Shown in pieces: positions 1 through 10,082 of a stretch of DNA of 64,000 nucleotides. Source of the DNA: Pseudomonadota bacterium (GTDB lineage Bacteria; Pseudomonadota; Gammaproteobacteria; Burkholderiales; Burkholderiaceae_B). Where the stretch lies: positions 16,155 to 80,154 of the forward strand of contig JAEWFK010000164.1 in assembly GCA_023388835.1 (NCBI GenBank). The letters are read 5' to 3'. Every line of letters begins with the position of its first letter. The stretch's first letter is position 1. The translations under genes and the position numbers were made by a program. The notes under the pieces are model-generated. The model was not told where the DNA came from and searched no databases. It was given only the letters and a program-made list of their open reading frames with translations.

Positions 1-90
1 GTCGGCATGTTCGCTGGCTACTGCGGCGAGCGCCGTCCCCCAGCTCCCGGCGCCCAATACGGAAACGCGTAGCGACGAGGCGGCGCTCAT
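1..90 (-). CDS. gpsA: NAD(P)H-dependent glycerol-3-phosphate dehydrogenase, 5' part (runs off window)
   Basis: Manual translation from ATG at 90 gives MSAASSLRVSVLGAGSWGTALAAVASEHAD, with the GAGSWGTALA Rossmann motif; directly downstream of secB as in the conserved operon. Confidence 0.9.
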   Translation of the reverse strand, partial: MSAASSLRVSVLGAGSWGTALAAVASEHAD

Positions 91-97
91 GACCGGC

Positions 98-619
98 TTA
101 GTTGGTCTTGGCGCCGGGCGGTACGTATATGCCCGATTCTGCGGCCGGTTGGGGTTGCTGCTGTTGCTGCTGAGCCATTTCAGCGATGCGCTGCTCGTAG
201 AGCGCTTGGAAGTTCACCTCGGCCAGATGCAGGGCCGGCAGCGAAGTGCGCGTGATTGCGTCGGCGACGTTGGCGCGCAGGTAGGGGTAGAGCATGGTGG
301 GGCATACGATGCCCAGCAGCGGATCGAGCTGCTCTTCAGGGATGTTGGCGGCTTCGAAGATGCCGGCCTGAGTGGCCTCGACCAGGTAGAGCACCTTGTC
401 GTTGATGCGGGTCGTGACGGTGGCCGTGACGCTGGTTTCGAAGATGGTCTCAGCCAGGCGCTGCCCGCCGACGTTCAGCGACACTTCCACCGTGGGGCCT
501 TCCTGTTCGAGAAGGATGTGGGGCGCATTGGGCATCTCAAGGGAGAGATCCTTGAGATAGGTGCGCTGCAGCGCGAAACTGGGAGCCTGTGTGTCCTGGC
601 TGTTGGGTTGCTCGGCCAT
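98..619 (-). CDS. secB: protein-export chaperone SecB
   Basis: [19 protein letters not shown] and [10 protein letters not shown] motifs; grxC-secB-gpsA order. Confidence 0.97.
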   Translation of the reverse strand: MAEQPNSQDTQAPSFALQRTYLKDLSLEMPNAPHILLEQEGPTVEVSLNVGGQRLAETIFETSVTATVTTRINDKVLYLVEATQAGIFEAANIPEEQLDPLLGIVCPTMLYPYLRANVADAITRTSLPALHLAEVNFQALYEQRIAEMAQQQQQQPQPAAESGIYVPPGAKTN

Positions 620-727
620 GAATCTTCCTGATAAGGGGTGGGGTCGGTGGGGCGGGGCCGCGAGGGCTCCGCGTGGTTGTCCGGATGCAGAATGCTGAAG
701 TACGGCGGCGGGGCGGCGCCCCGCGAA

Positions 728-985
728 TCACGATTCGAGCAGGGGCTTGAGCCCGCCGCTGCGGTCAAGCGCGGCCAGATCGTCGTAGCCGCCTACATGC
801 GTTTCGCCGATGTAGATTTGCGGCACGGTGCGGCGGCCGGTGCGTTCCATCATGATGGCGCGCTGTTCGGGTTCCAGGTCGATGCGGATTTTCTGGATAT
901 CGTCAACGCCGCGCTGCTTCAGCAGCATTTCGGCGCGGACGCAGTAGGGGCACACTGCGGTGCTGTACATAATGACTTTTGCCAT
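728..985 (-). CDS. grxC: glutaredoxin 3
   Basis: CPYC active site, TVPQIYIG, GGYDDL. Confidence 0.96.
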   Translation of the reverse strand: MAKVIMYSTAVCPYCVRAEMLLKQRGVDDIQKIRIDLEPEQRAIMMERTGRRTVPQIYIGETHVGGYDDLAALDRSGGLKPLLES

Positions 986-997
986 GACTTACCTCGC

Positions 998-1408
998 TCA
1001 GTGTTTCTTGGCCAGCGGCATGCCGGCTTCAATCCAGGCGGCCAGGCCGCCCTGCAAACAATAGACTTCATCGTAGCCGTTGCTCTTGAGCGTGTTGACC
1101 ACGCCGACAGCGCTGCGGCCGCGTTCGCACACCACGATGATGGGCTTGTCCTTGGGCAGGCTGCCCAGCTTGTTGGTGATGTCGGATGCCGGCACGTTGC
1201 GCGACTGGGGCACGCTGCCTGCCTTGAACTGTTCGGCGTTGCGTACGTCGAGGAACACGCCCTGCTTGGCGTTGGCCAGCTTCACGGCATCGTTCACCCC
1301 CAGCTGGCGGGCACCGCGCTGCACGAATCGGGGCAAGGCCAGTGCCACAGCCGCCGTGACGGCTACGATGATGAGAAGGATGTTGGTCTGGTCTGCAAAA
1401 AAGTCCAC
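998..1408 (-). CDS. rhodanese-like domain protein (YibN-like)
   Basis: N-terminal TM helix, [21 protein letters not shown]; upstream of grxC. Confidence 0.9.
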   Translation of the reverse strand: MDFFADQTNILLIIVAVTAAVALALPRFVQRGARQLGVNDAVKLANAKQGVFLDVRNAEQFKAGSVPQSRNVPASDITNKLGSLPKDKPIIVVCERGRSAVGVVNTLKSNGYDEVYCLQGGLAAWIEAGMPLAKKH

Positions 1409-1497
1409 GTTCTGTTCCGGAAATACGGTGGGATGATGGGCACAATCAGTCGATTATAAAATGGACGACGATTATTAACTTCCAGGTGACTTTTACC

Positions 1498-2250
1498 ATG
1501 TACAAACTCGTCCTGATGCGCCACGGCGAAAGCCAATGGAACCTTGAAAACCGTTTCACCGGCTGGACCGATGTCGACCTTACCGAGACCGGTCGGGAAC
1601 AAGCGCGCAAGGCGGGCGAGCTGCTCAAGGAAAAGGGCTTCGAGTTCGATCTGGCCTATTGTTCTGTGCTGAAGCGCGCCATCCGCACGTTGTGGATTGC
1701 GCTGGAAGCCATGGATGCCATGCACACGCCGACCGGCCTGAGCTGGCGCTTGAATGAACGCCACTATGGCGCGCTGCAAGGGTTGAACAAAGCCGAGACG
1801 GCGGCCAAGTATGGCGATGAGCAAGTGCTGGTCTGGCGCCGCGCCTATGCCATCGCGCCCGAGCCGCTGGACGACAACGATGAGCGCCATCCGCGTTTTG
1901 ATCGCCGTTACGCCAAGGTCGATCCCTCGCTGCTGCCGGCCACAGAATGCCTGAAGGATACGGTGGCGCGCGTCTTGCCCTTCTGGAACGAATCCATCGC
2001 TCCGGCCATCCGGTCGGGCCGCCGGGTATTGATTTCCGCGCATGGCAACAGCTTGCGTGCACTGATCAAGCACCTGGACAACGTATCGGAAGACGACATC
2101 GTTCACCTGAACATCCCCACGGGCCAGCCGCTGGTCTATGAACTTGATGACCAGCTGCGTCCCATCCGCCATTACTACCTGGGCGACCCTGCCGAGATCG
2201 AAGCTGCAATGGCCGCGGTGGCCGCTCAGGGCAAGGCCAGGCAGGACTGA
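1498..2250 (+). CDS. gpmA: 2,3-bisphosphoglycerate-dependent phosphoglycerate mutase
   Basis: [32 protein letters not shown] at 1498. Confidence 0.97.
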   Translation: MYKLVLMRHGESQWNLENRFTGWTDVDLTETGREQARKAGELLKEKGFEFDLAYCSVLKRAIRTLWIALEAMDAMHTPTGLSWRLNERHYGALQGLNKAETAAKYGDEQVLVWRRAYAIAPEPLDDNDERHPRFDRRYAKVDPSLLPATECLKDTVARVLPFWNESIAPAIRSGRRVLISAHGNSLRALIKHLDNVSEDDIVHLNIPTGQPLVYELDDQLRPIRHYYLGDPAEIEAAMAAVAAQGKARQD

Positions 2251-2255
2251 CCCGG

Positions 2256-3878
2256 ATGCGTCGCGCCGCGGTTCTCGCTCTGGCCTTGTTGTGCGGGCCC
2301 GGTGTGCTGCATGCGGCCGCCGCTGATCTGCAGCGGCAGCAGGCGGAGGCGCGCCGCGACCAGGAAGCCCTGCGCGAGCGCATTCGCAAGCTCGAAGGGA
2401 AGATCTCGGGCAGCGAATCATCGCGTCGCGACGTCACCGTGGCGTTGAAGGAGTCCGAGACGGCGATCTCGGAACTCGACCGGCGGCTGGAAGCGCTGGC
2501 CGCCGACACCCGCAAGGCGGGGGATGAACTGAAGGACGTCCAGCGGCGTGTGGGCGAACAGTCGCAGGCGCTGCAAAAGCGCCAGGAACATCTGGCGGAT
2601 CAGCTTCGGGCGCAGTACGCCGGCGGGCTGTCGCCCTGGGCCGCGCTATTGTCGGGCGAAGACCCGCAAGATATCGCGCGTGAATTGGGGTATCTGGAAT
2701 ATGTCTCGCGCGCCCAGGTGAAAGCCGTGAACGATGTGCGTTCCGCCCTGCAGGAGCTGGCGGAACTAAAGTCGCAGGCGCAAACCCATGAGCGCCGCTT
2801 GCAGCAGCTCGCCAAGGAAACGACTGACAAACGCGTCGAGCTTGAAACCCAGCAGAAGGAACGCCTTGTTGTCCTGGAACGTATTGAGTCCGAGTTGAAT
2901 CAACAGCGTGGTGAAGCACAGCGCCTCACGCGCAATGAGCAGCGCCTGGGCGATCTCGTCGACGCGTTGGCCGTGGCCATCGAGGAAGAAGCCGCCGAAG
3001 CGCGTCGTCGCGCTGAGGAGGCTCGTCGCCTTGCCGAAGAGCGTCGCTTGGCGGAAGAGAAGAGGCGCGAGGAGGAAAAGCGGCTGGCAGCCGAGAAACG
3101 CAAGGCCGAAGAGGCGCGGAAGGCGGAAGAAGTACGTAAGGCGGAAGAAGTGCGGACCGCTGAAGAGGCTCGCCGGATTGCGGCGGCGCGGGAAGCCGCC
3201 GATGCGGCCCGCACGGAGCAATCGCGCAAGATCGAGGAAGCCCGCAGGGCGGCGGAGGCGATCCGGGCGGAGCGGTCGCGAGGAGAGCAGGCTGTAGTAG
3301 GTGCGGACGGGACTGAGCGCGAAGCGGCCGAAGCAGCGCAGGAAGGTGTGCGCATTGCCGGTCGCGTGGAAGGCCTGGCGCCCAGTGCTGAACCCGCGCC
3401 CGCACCGAGGGCTGAACCCGCGCCCAAGCCCGCACCCGCGCCCGCCTCGGGGGTCGAGCCCGCGCCTGCGCCGGAACTTCCGGTGGCCCTGAAGGGTCTC
3501 AGCAAGGGCTTGCCGCATCCGGTGCGCGGAGAAGTGCAGGGACGCTTCGGTATGGAGCGCCCGGAAGGCGGAGTCTGGCGGGGCATTGTCCTGCGCGCGG
3601 CTGAAGGCGTACGCGTGGCCGCCGTTGCGCCCGGGCGAGTGGTCTACGCTGGATGGCTGGGCGGCTTTGGCAATCTGATGATCGTCGACCATGGTGCCAA
3701 GTATCTCAGCGTCTACGCTTACAACCACAGCCTTCTCAAACAAGTGGGCGACTATGTCAAATCGGGCGACGCAATTGCGACCGTGGGCGCGACCGGCGGC
3801 CAGGTGGAGCCCGGTCTATACTTTGAAATCCGCCATGAGGGGAAACCGGTCAATCCCCTGCTATGGCTCGGGGGGTAG
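2256..3878 (+). CDS. envC: murein hydrolase activator EnvC family (coiled coil + degenerate M23 domain)
   Basis: Signal peptide, long coiled coil, charged low-complexity linker, C-terminal M23-like domain (WRGIVL, GLYFEIR) lacking the HxxxD Zn ligands; between gpmA and ctpA. Confidence 0.85.
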   Translation: MRRAAVLALALLCGPGVLHAAAADLQRQQAEARRDQEALRERIRKLEGKISGSESSRRDVTVALKESETAISELDRRLEALAADTRKAGDELKDVQRRVGEQSQALQKRQEHLADQLRAQYAGGLSPWAALLSGEDPQDIARELGYLEYVSRAQVKAVNDVRSALQELAELKSQAQTHERRLQQLAKETTDKRVELETQQKERLVVLERIESELNQQRGEAQRLTRNEQRLGDLVDALAVAIEEEAAEARRRAEEARRLAEERRLAEEKRREEEKRLAAEKRKAEEARKAEEVRKAEEVRTAEEARRIAAAREAADAARTEQSRKIEEARRAAEAIRAERSRGEQAVVGADGTEREAAEAAQEGVRIAGRVEGLAPSAEPAPAPRAEPAPKPAPAPASGVEPAPAPELPVALKGLSKGLPHPVRGEVQGRFGMERPEGGVWRGIVLRAAEGVRVAAVAPGRVVYAGWLGGFGNLMIVDHGAKYLSVYAYNHSLLKQVGDYVKSGDAIATVGATGGQVEPGLYFEIRHEGKPVNPLLWLGG

Positions 3879-3946
3879 TTTCGTTACTATCTGCCTATGG
3901 GCGTCGTACTGGGCGTCAGTGAAAACACTATAAATCGGGTATGTGC

Positions 3947-5515
3947 ATGAGCACTCGCAGGGTACGCAGTTTGGGTCTGGTTCTGGCCGGGGCGGTCGGT
4001 GGACTACTTCTCAGTATGGGCATTTCCGCTGTCGCGCAGCGGGGTGAGCCCTTGCCGCTCAAGGAGCTGCAGCAGTTCGCCAATGTCTTTGCGGCCATCA
4101 AGGCCAGCTATGTCGAGCCCGTGGCGGACGACAAGCTCATCAACGATGCCATCAAGGGCATGTTCAACGACCTGGACCCGCATTCCGCTTATCTGGATGC
4201 CGAGGCCTTCCAGGAAATGGAAGCCATCACACAGGGCGGCTTCGGCGGCCTGGGCATCGAAATCGGCAGTGAAGATGGGCAGCCCAAGGTGATTTCGCCT
4301 ATTGAGGACACCCCCGCGTTCCGGGCCGGCATCCTGGCGGGCGACATCATCACGCATATCGACGGCAAGCCCACCAAAGGCATGACGCTGAACGACGCCA
4401 TCAAGCTGATGCGCGGCGAGCCGCAGACCAGCATTCTGCTCACCATCAGCCGTCCCGGCCGCGAGAAGCCGCTTGAGCTCACCATCGTGCGGGACATCAT
4501 CAAGGTGCGCAGCGTGCGCAGCAAGATGCTGAATGACGATATCGCCTATGTGCGCATTGCACAGTTCCAAGAACGCACCGCGCCCGACCTCGTGCGCCAT
4601 CTGCGCGACCTGGGCGCCGAGAAAGCGCCTAAAGGCCTGGTGCTCGATTTGCGTAACGACCCCGGCGGTCTGCTCGACAGCGCCATCGCCGTGTCGTCCG
4701 CCTTCTTGCAACCTAATGTGCTGGTCGTATCGACCAAGGGCCGCATCCCCTCGGCCAACCGTGAATACCACGCCAAACCGTCCGACTATCTGCGCAATTA
4801 CCTGGCGTCCGGCGAAGAAGACTACGTCGCCGATGTCGTCGACTGGGCCAAGACAGTGCCCATGGTGGTACTCGTGAACGTCGGCTCCGCGTCGGCGTCG
4901 GAAATCGTCGCGGGCGCTCTTCAGGATCACGACCGCGCCAAGGTTCTGGGCAATCGCACCTTCGGCAAGGGCTCAGTGCAAAGCGTGCTGCCGCTGGGCG
5001 AAGACACCGGCATCAAACTCACCACGGCACGCTATTACACCCCCAGCGGCCAGTCCATCCAGGTGACCGGCGTGTCGCCGGACATCACGGTCGACGACAC
5101 GGCGCAGGGTAATCTTTTCCGTCTGCCGCGCGAGGCCGACTTGCAGCGTCATCTGGTCAACGGCAATTTCGACGAGTCCGCGCTTGGTGAACAGCAAGAG
5201 GAAACGGTCGACATCGCGCGGATGTTTGAATTCGGCGGCGATGAAGACTATCAGCTCAAGCAGGCGATCAACTTCCTGGAAGGCCGTTCGGTACAGCGCA
5301 ATGACCCTGAGCTGGTGGCGCAAGCCAAGGCAAAACGCGAAGCCGAGAGAGCGGCTGATGTCCCGGCCGCCACGCCTAACGCTCCCGGCAGCGTTCCCGT
5401 CCCCCCAGAGAAAATGAACCCGGGGGACGAAAAAAAAAACTCAATAATTCGCCCTGAGTCCGGCGTGGAGCGCTATCGCATCACGCCGAGCGGGCTGGAG
5501 CCCGTCCGGCCCTGA
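3947..5515 (+). CDS. ctpA: carboxyl-terminal processing protease, S41 family
   Basis: LDPHSAY, PDZ GLGIEI, DLRNDPGGLL, SASASEIVAGALQD, GKGSVQ; start 3941 or 3947. Confidence 0.93.
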   Translation: MSTRRVRSLGLVLAGAVGGLLLSMGISAVAQRGEPLPLKELQQFANVFAAIKASYVEPVADDKLINDAIKGMFNDLDPHSAYLDAEAFQEMEAITQGGFGGLGIEIGSEDGQPKVISPIEDTPAFRAGILAGDIITHIDGKPTKGMTLNDAIKLMRGEPQTSILLTISRPGREKPLELTIVRDIIKVRSVRSKMLNDDIAYVRIAQFQERTAPDLVRHLRDLGAEKAPKGLVLDLRNDPGGLLDSAIAVSSAFLQPNVLVVSTKGRIPSANREYHAKPSDYLRNYLASGEEDYVADVVDWAKTVPMVVLVNVGSASASEIVAGALQDHDRAKVLGNRTFGKGSVQSVLPLGEDTGIKLTTARYYTPSGQSIQVTGVSPDITVDDTAQGNLFRLPREADLQRHLVNGNFDESALGEQQEETVDIARMFEFGGDEDYQLKQAINFLEGRSVQRNDPELVAQAKAKREAERAADVPAATPNAPGSVPVPPEKMNPGDEKKNSIIRPESGVERYRITPSGLEPVRP

Positions 5516-5545
5516 GCGGGCTCCGGGTGGCCAGCGATACCGTAG

Positions 5546-5582
5546 CCGTGGTGCCGACAGGGCGCCACGGCGATTTTCATTT
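5546..5582 (+). terminator. putative intrinsic terminator/hairpin after ctpA
   Basis: GCCGTGGTGCC-GACAG-GGCGCCACGGC stem followed by GATTTTCATTT. Confidence 0.45.
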
Positions 5583-5591
5583 CGACACCGC

Positions 5592-6344
5592 ATGAACGAT
5601 GATCAGCTTCTGCGCTATGCGCGGCATATCCTTCTCGACGAATTCGGCATCGAAGGACAGGAACGGGTGTCCGGCGCCCGCGTGTTCATTGTGGGAGCAG
5701 GCGGTCTGGGGTCGCCCGCAGCGCTGTATCTCGCTGCGGCCGGCGTGGGAGAGCTACTGCTGGCGGATGACGACGAGGTGGATCTCAGTAATCTGCAACG
5801 TCAGATTCTTCATGGCCACGACCGTGTCGGCATGGCCAAGGCGGAGTCGGGGCGCCGCAGCTTGGCGGCACTGAATCCGGAAGTCAAAGTGACGCCCCTG
5901 ATACAGCGATTGGACGACGCCGCCCTCCTGGCCCACCTTGCGGAAGCAGACCTCGTCCTCGATTGCTGCGACAACTTCGCCACCCGTCACGCTGTGAACC
6001 GCGCCTGCGTGGCGCTGCGCAAACCCCTGGTGTCCGGCGCCGCGATCCGGTTCTCGGGACAAGTGAGCGTCTTCGACCTGCGCAACGATACCGCGCCTTG
6101 CTACCACTGCTTATTCCCCGAAGCCGCAGATGTCGAAGAGCTACGCTGCGCGACCACAGGTGTGCTGGGTCCGCTCGTCGGCGTCATAGGCGCCATGCAA
6201 GCTATCGAAGCCCTGAAGCTGCTCGTCGGCATGGGCGAGCCCCTCGTCGGCCGCCTGCTCTGTCTCGACGCCCTCACCCTGCAATGGCAGGCCCTGCGCT
6301 ACTCCCGCGACCCGGAATGTCCCGTCTGCTCCCGAAGGGAGTAA
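5592..6344 (+). CDS. HesA/MoeB/ThiF family sulfur-carrier adenylyltransferase
   Basis: RYARH, GAGGLG, SNLQRQ, DNFATR, two CxxC motifs (CYHC, CPVC); MoeB vs ThiF not resolvable. Confidence 0.92.
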   Translation: MNDDQLLRYARHILLDEFGIEGQERVSGARVFIVGAGGLGSPAALYLAAAGVGELLLADDDEVDLSNLQRQILHGHDRVGMAKAESGRRSLAALNPEVKVTPLIQRLDDAALLAHLAEADLVLDCCDNFATRHAVNRACVALRKPLVSGAAIRFSGQVSVFDLRNDTAPCYHCLFPEAADVEELRCATTGVLGPLVGVIGAMQAIEALKLLVGMGEPLVGRLLCLDALTLQWQALRYSRDPECPVCSRRE

Positions 6345-6430
6345 GAAGCGGCCGGCGAGCCGCGCATCGTGCATCAAGCCACGCTCCACGCCTAGCGAAT
6401 CGCGAGTCGGTCCAGCTCAGCCTCGCCTTA

Positions 6431-6508
6431 TAGTTATTATTAGTTTTTCTTAATGTGTTATGCCTTTCCGCAGGAAAGGCATAACATTAGAAAAAATTCT
6501 GATAACTA
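6431..6508. promoter_or_regulatory. long AT-rich inverted repeat upstream of LysR gene
   Basis: Perfect core TGTTATGCCTTTCC (6456-6469) / GGAAAGGCATAACA (6473-6486), extending imperfectly to TAGTTAT (6431) / ATAACTA (6508). Confidence 0.6.
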
Positions 6509-6522
6509 GATTCGAGGTGGGG

Positions 6523-7485
6523 ATGAAGCAAGGGGGAACGCTGGATGTACGCATGCTCCGTATCTTCGAGGCGGTGGCGGCGTGCGGCAATGTTTCGCGT
6601 GCCGCGGAACAGCTCGGCGTGACCCAGTCGGCGGTTTCCCAGGCGCTGAACCAAGTCGAACAGATTCTCGGCGCATCCGTGTTCGATCGGGCCCATCGGC
6701 CGTTCAAGCTGACGCCGGCGGGCATCGCGCTGTGCCGACGCGCTCGGCCCATCGTCGATGAAATGGACCGCTTGGTCTCCCACGTGCGCGAGGCCGATCT
6801 GGCGAGCCGTCCGGCTATTCGGGTGGGCATGATCGACTCCTTTGCCGCGACCGCCGGCCCCGCCATCGTGAAGCGCGTCACCGCGTCTGCAAGTCAGTTG
6901 CTGCTGTGGTCGGGGCTGGCCAATAGCCATGCCCAGGCGCTATTGAATCGCCAGCTCGATCTGATCATGACTTCCGACACGCTGGAAGACTTCGACCGTA
7001 TCGCTCGCCGCCGCATCTTCACTGAACCCTTTCTCTTGGTGGTGCCGGCAGCCCGTCAGAAGGAATTCGAAGGCGCCAGTCTCTTGGAGCTCACGCGCCT
7101 TGCTCCGTTCATCCGCTTCACCGCGCGCTCGCATTTTGGCGCCGTCATTGAGCGCCACTTGCGGCGCGGCGGCCATTCGCCAACGCCATCGCTGGAGATC
7201 GACACGGCCGACGTCGTGATGGCAATGGTCGCAGCAGGCCTTGGCTGGGCAATCATGACACCGTTATGCGTGCTGCAAGGGCGCGCCTATCTGCCACAGC
7301 TTGCCATTCTTCCGCTACCGGGCGTGCCCTTGTCGCGCACCATCCATCAGCTGTCGCGGGAAGGCGAATACGAAGAAATGGCTGAGAACGTCTTCCAGGC
7401 CAGCAGGGAAGTCCTGGAGAGCGAAATTTTCCCCCTCGTGAGGGGCTACATCCCCTGGTTGCGTGGAAGCATGGCTTTGTGCTGA
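6523..7485 (+). CDS. LysR-type transcriptional regulator
   Basis: GNVSRAAEQLGVTQSAVSQ HTH, VFDR..KLTPAG; ATG 6523 follows GAGGTGG RBS. Confidence 0.93.
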   Translation: MKQGGTLDVRMLRIFEAVAACGNVSRAAEQLGVTQSAVSQALNQVEQILGASVFDRAHRPFKLTPAGIALCRRARPIVDEMDRLVSHVREADLASRPAIRVGMIDSFAATAGPAIVKRVTASASQLLLWSGLANSHAQALLNRQLDLIMTSDTLEDFDRIARRRIFTEPFLLVVPAARQKEFEGASLLELTRLAPFIRFTARSHFGAVIERHLRRGGHSPTPSLEIDTADVVMAMVAAGLGWAIMTPLCVLQGRAYLPQLAILPLPGVPLSRTIHQLSREGEYEEMAENVFQASREVLESEIFPLVRGYIPWLRGSMALC

Positions 7486-7527
7486 CCGCATTTCGACCGT
7501 TGTTCCATAACTAAAAGGAGACTGTGC

Positions 7528-8511
7528 ATGAAACAGAATCGTCGGGATTTTCTCAAGGTGTGCGCGGCGTCCGGCGTGGTGGCTTCATTGCCGCTGTCGG
7601 CCTGGGCCGCGAGCCAGACGGTCAGATACGGCGGCTCGGCCTGGTTGGGACATTATCCAGCCTATCTGGCCATGAGCGACGGCCATCTGGCCAAGGCGGG
7701 CATTGAGCAGAGCTGGGAAGCCTTCGGCACATCGTCAGCGCGGATGAGTGCGGTGCTGTCCGGTGGTGTGGACATCGCCTGCACCGGCATCGTATCGGCC
7801 CTGGCGCTCATGGCCCGTGGCGCGCAGCAGTTTTCCATTATCGCGGTGCCTGAAACCTTTGGCCGTGTCGAAGGACTGATCGGTCGCGAGAACGTCAAGA
7901 GCCTGAGCGATCTGAAGGGAAAGAAGATCGGCGTTACCTTTGCGTCGAGCGCCCACTTGCTGGTGTTGGACATTCTCGACAAGAACGGGCTCACCGAAAA
8001 GGACGTGACGGTGCTGAATGTACCGGCGCCCGAACTTCCCGCCGCCATGCAATCGGGCCAGATCGATGTCGCCGCCGCGTGGACACCCCAGTTCGACCAT
8101 ATTCTGCGCCAGCCCGGTGCGACACTGTTGGCTGACGACACGGCGTTCTCGTTGTATCACTCTCACAATGTCACGCCCGGCCCCGATGTCCTGATTGTGC
8201 GCCGCGCTTTTGCCGAGAAGAACCCCGAGACCGTGAAGGCGTACCTGAAGGCCTATTTTTCGGCTTGCGACTACCTGCGTGAACAACCCCAATCCGCCGC
8301 CGAGAAACTGCTCAAGCTGACGAATCTTTCCATTGATGATCAGCTGGCGGCCGTCAAAGGTGCAGACTGGTATGGCGCGGCCCAGCAACGCGAGCTGATG
8401 AACGGCCCGTTCATTGAAGGCCTGCAGGAACTTGCCGGCATGTTGGTGCAGTACAAGCAGATTGACAAGGCGCCCACCGTGAAGGATTGGGTCGATCCTT
8501 CCTTCGTCTGA
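7528..8511 (+). CDS. ABC substrate-binding protein, TauA/SsuA/NMT1-like, Tat-exported
   Basis: RRDFLK twin-arginine signal; SLSDLKGKKIG, GQIDVAAAW; AAGGAG RBS. Confidence 0.88.
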   Translation: MKQNRRDFLKVCAASGVVASLPLSAWAASQTVRYGGSAWLGHYPAYLAMSDGHLAKAGIEQSWEAFGTSSARMSAVLSGGVDIACTGIVSALALMARGAQQFSIIAVPETFGRVEGLIGRENVKSLSDLKGKKIGVTFASSAHLLVLDILDKNGLTEKDVTVLNVPAPELPAAMQSGQIDVAAAWTPQFDHILRQPGATLLADDTAFSLYHSHNVTPGPDVLIVRRAFAEKNPETVKAYLKAYFSACDYLREQPQSAAEKLLKLTNLSIDDQLAAVKGADWYGAAQQRELMNGPFIEGLQELAGMLVQYKQIDKAPTVKDWVDPSFV

Positions 8512-8529
8512 GCAGGCAGGAGATAGACA

Positions 8530-9297
8530 TTGAGTCACGTCACTCCCTCTCGCCCTTCGCTGCTCACCACGAGCGCGTTGTCCGTTCTTGCTTTTCTGGC
8601 GGTCTGGGAAGCCGCCTGCCGGGCCGGCCTGGTGGATCCGATATTCCTGCCGCCGCCCAGTGCCGTGCTTGCCAAGGGCATGGCGATGGGAGAGGACGGC
8701 TCATTGCTGGGCCACGTGTTGGCGTCGGCCCGGCGAGTCATGATGGGCTTCCTCGCGGCGACGGCTGTCGCGATTCCGCTAGGCATCGTTCTGGGAACGT
8801 CGCGCTATGCCCGTGCGGCGTTCGACCCGCTGCTGTCATTTCTGCGGCCGCTGCCTTCCATGAGCTGGATTCCGCTTTCCCTGCTCTGGTTCGGCATCAC
8901 TGAAACCCAGAAGTACAGCATTGTGTTCATGGGTACGTTCGCGCCCGCGTTGGTCTACGTGATCGAGGCCACCCGGAATGTCGATCCCTTGTTGATTCGT
9001 GCGGCGCAGAATCTGGGTGCCAGCCGCTGGCAGGTAATGCGTGAAGTGATTCTTCCTGGAAGCCTTCCGCAGATCCTGAGCGGCATGAAGGTCATTCTGG
9101 GCCTGGCCTGGACCTGCGTGATTTCTGCCGAACTCGTCGCCGCGCGCGAAGGTCTGGGCTTTTTGATCATGAACGGGAAGGAATTCTTCCAGACCGAAGT
9201 GGTGGTACTTGGCATGGTGCTCATCAGTATCACGGTGCTGGTTACCGACTTCGTCTTTCGTCTCATCGAGAACCGTATCCTCAGGTGGCAACATTGA
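8530..9297 (+). CDS. ABC permease, TauC/SsuC-like
   Basis: FLPPPSAV, LRPLP..WIPL, EAA-like loop AAQNLGAS, SAELVAA; TTG start after AGGAG. Confidence 0.9.
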   Translation: MSHVTPSRPSLLTTSALSVLAFLAVWEAACRAGLVDPIFLPPPSAVLAKGMAMGEDGSLLGHVLASARRVMMGFLAATAVAIPLGIVLGTSRYARAAFDPLLSFLRPLPSMSWIPLSLLWFGITETQKYSIVFMGTFAPALVYVIEATRNVDPLLIRAAQNLGASRWQVMREVILPGSLPQILSGMKVILGLAWTCVISAELVAAREGLGFLIMNGKEFFQTEVVVLGMVLISITVLVTDFVFRLIENRILRWQH

Positions 9298-9305
9298 GCT
9301 CAAGC

Positions 9306-10073
9306 ATGATTTCCATACAGGGCGTTTCCAAGCACTTCGGCGACTTCCAAGCCCTGCAGCATGTCGACCTGGAGGTCGAGCAGGGCGAGTTCGTGGTGCT
9401 CTTGGGGGCATCCGGCTGCGGCAAATCGACTCTCTTGAACCTGATCACAGGCTTTGACCGCCCCACGGGCGGCAGCATCAGGGTCAATGGGCGTGCCGTG
9501 AACAAGGTCGACCCGCACTGCGGGATGGTCTTCCAGCAGTATGCCCTTTTCCCATGGATGACCGTGCTCGAGAACGTCGGTTTCGGCCTGAAGATGAAGG
9601 GAATGGGCCGCGCACAGCGCACTGAGGTCGCCCAGCGCTTCATCGAGATGGTCGGCTTGAAGGGCTTCGAAGACAAGTTCCCGAATGCGCTTTCCGGCGG
9701 CATGAAGCAACGTGTTTCCATAGCACGCGTCCTGGCGAACGACCCCGATGTCATCCTGCTGGACGAGCCCTTTGCTGCGCTGGACGCCATGACGCGGCAG
9801 GTGCTGCAAGATGAACTTCTTCGTATCTACGAACAAAGCAAGAAGACGATTGTCTTCATTACCCACTCCATCGACGAGGCCCTGCTGCTATCCACGCGCA
9901 TGCTTATCATGAGTGCCAGGCCGGGACGTATCGTGACTGATCTGCGCAACGATTTGCCGATGCCGCGCAATGCCGAAGTGCAGCTCTCGCCGCGCTACAA
10001 CGAGCTGAAGGCGCAGATTTGGGAAACGGTTCAATCTGAAGTCATGCGCAGTCTGGAAGCAACGAGTCGTTGA
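9306..10073 (+). CDS. ABC ATP-binding protein, TauB/SsuB-like
   Basis: GASGCGKST, LSGGMKQR, LLDEPF, ITHSIDEA. Confidence 0.93.
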   Translation: MISIQGVSKHFGDFQALQHVDLEVEQGEFVVLLGASGCGKSTLLNLITGFDRPTGGSIRVNGRAVNKVDPHCGMVFQQYALFPWMTVLENVGFGLKMKGMGRAQRTEVAQRFIEMVGLKGFEDKFPNALSGGMKQRVSIARVLANDPDVILLDEPFAALDAMTRQVLQDELLRIYEQSKKTIVFITHSIDEALLLSTRMLIMSARPGRIVTDLRNDLPMPRNAEVQLSPRYNELKAQIWETVQSEVMRSLEATSR

Positions 10074-10082
10074 GAGAAAAAC

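Noticed and set aside
2990..3480. AEEARK-type and PAPAP repeats in envC as a novel repeat element
   Set aside because: Ordinary low-complexity coiled-coil and linker coding sequence in this family
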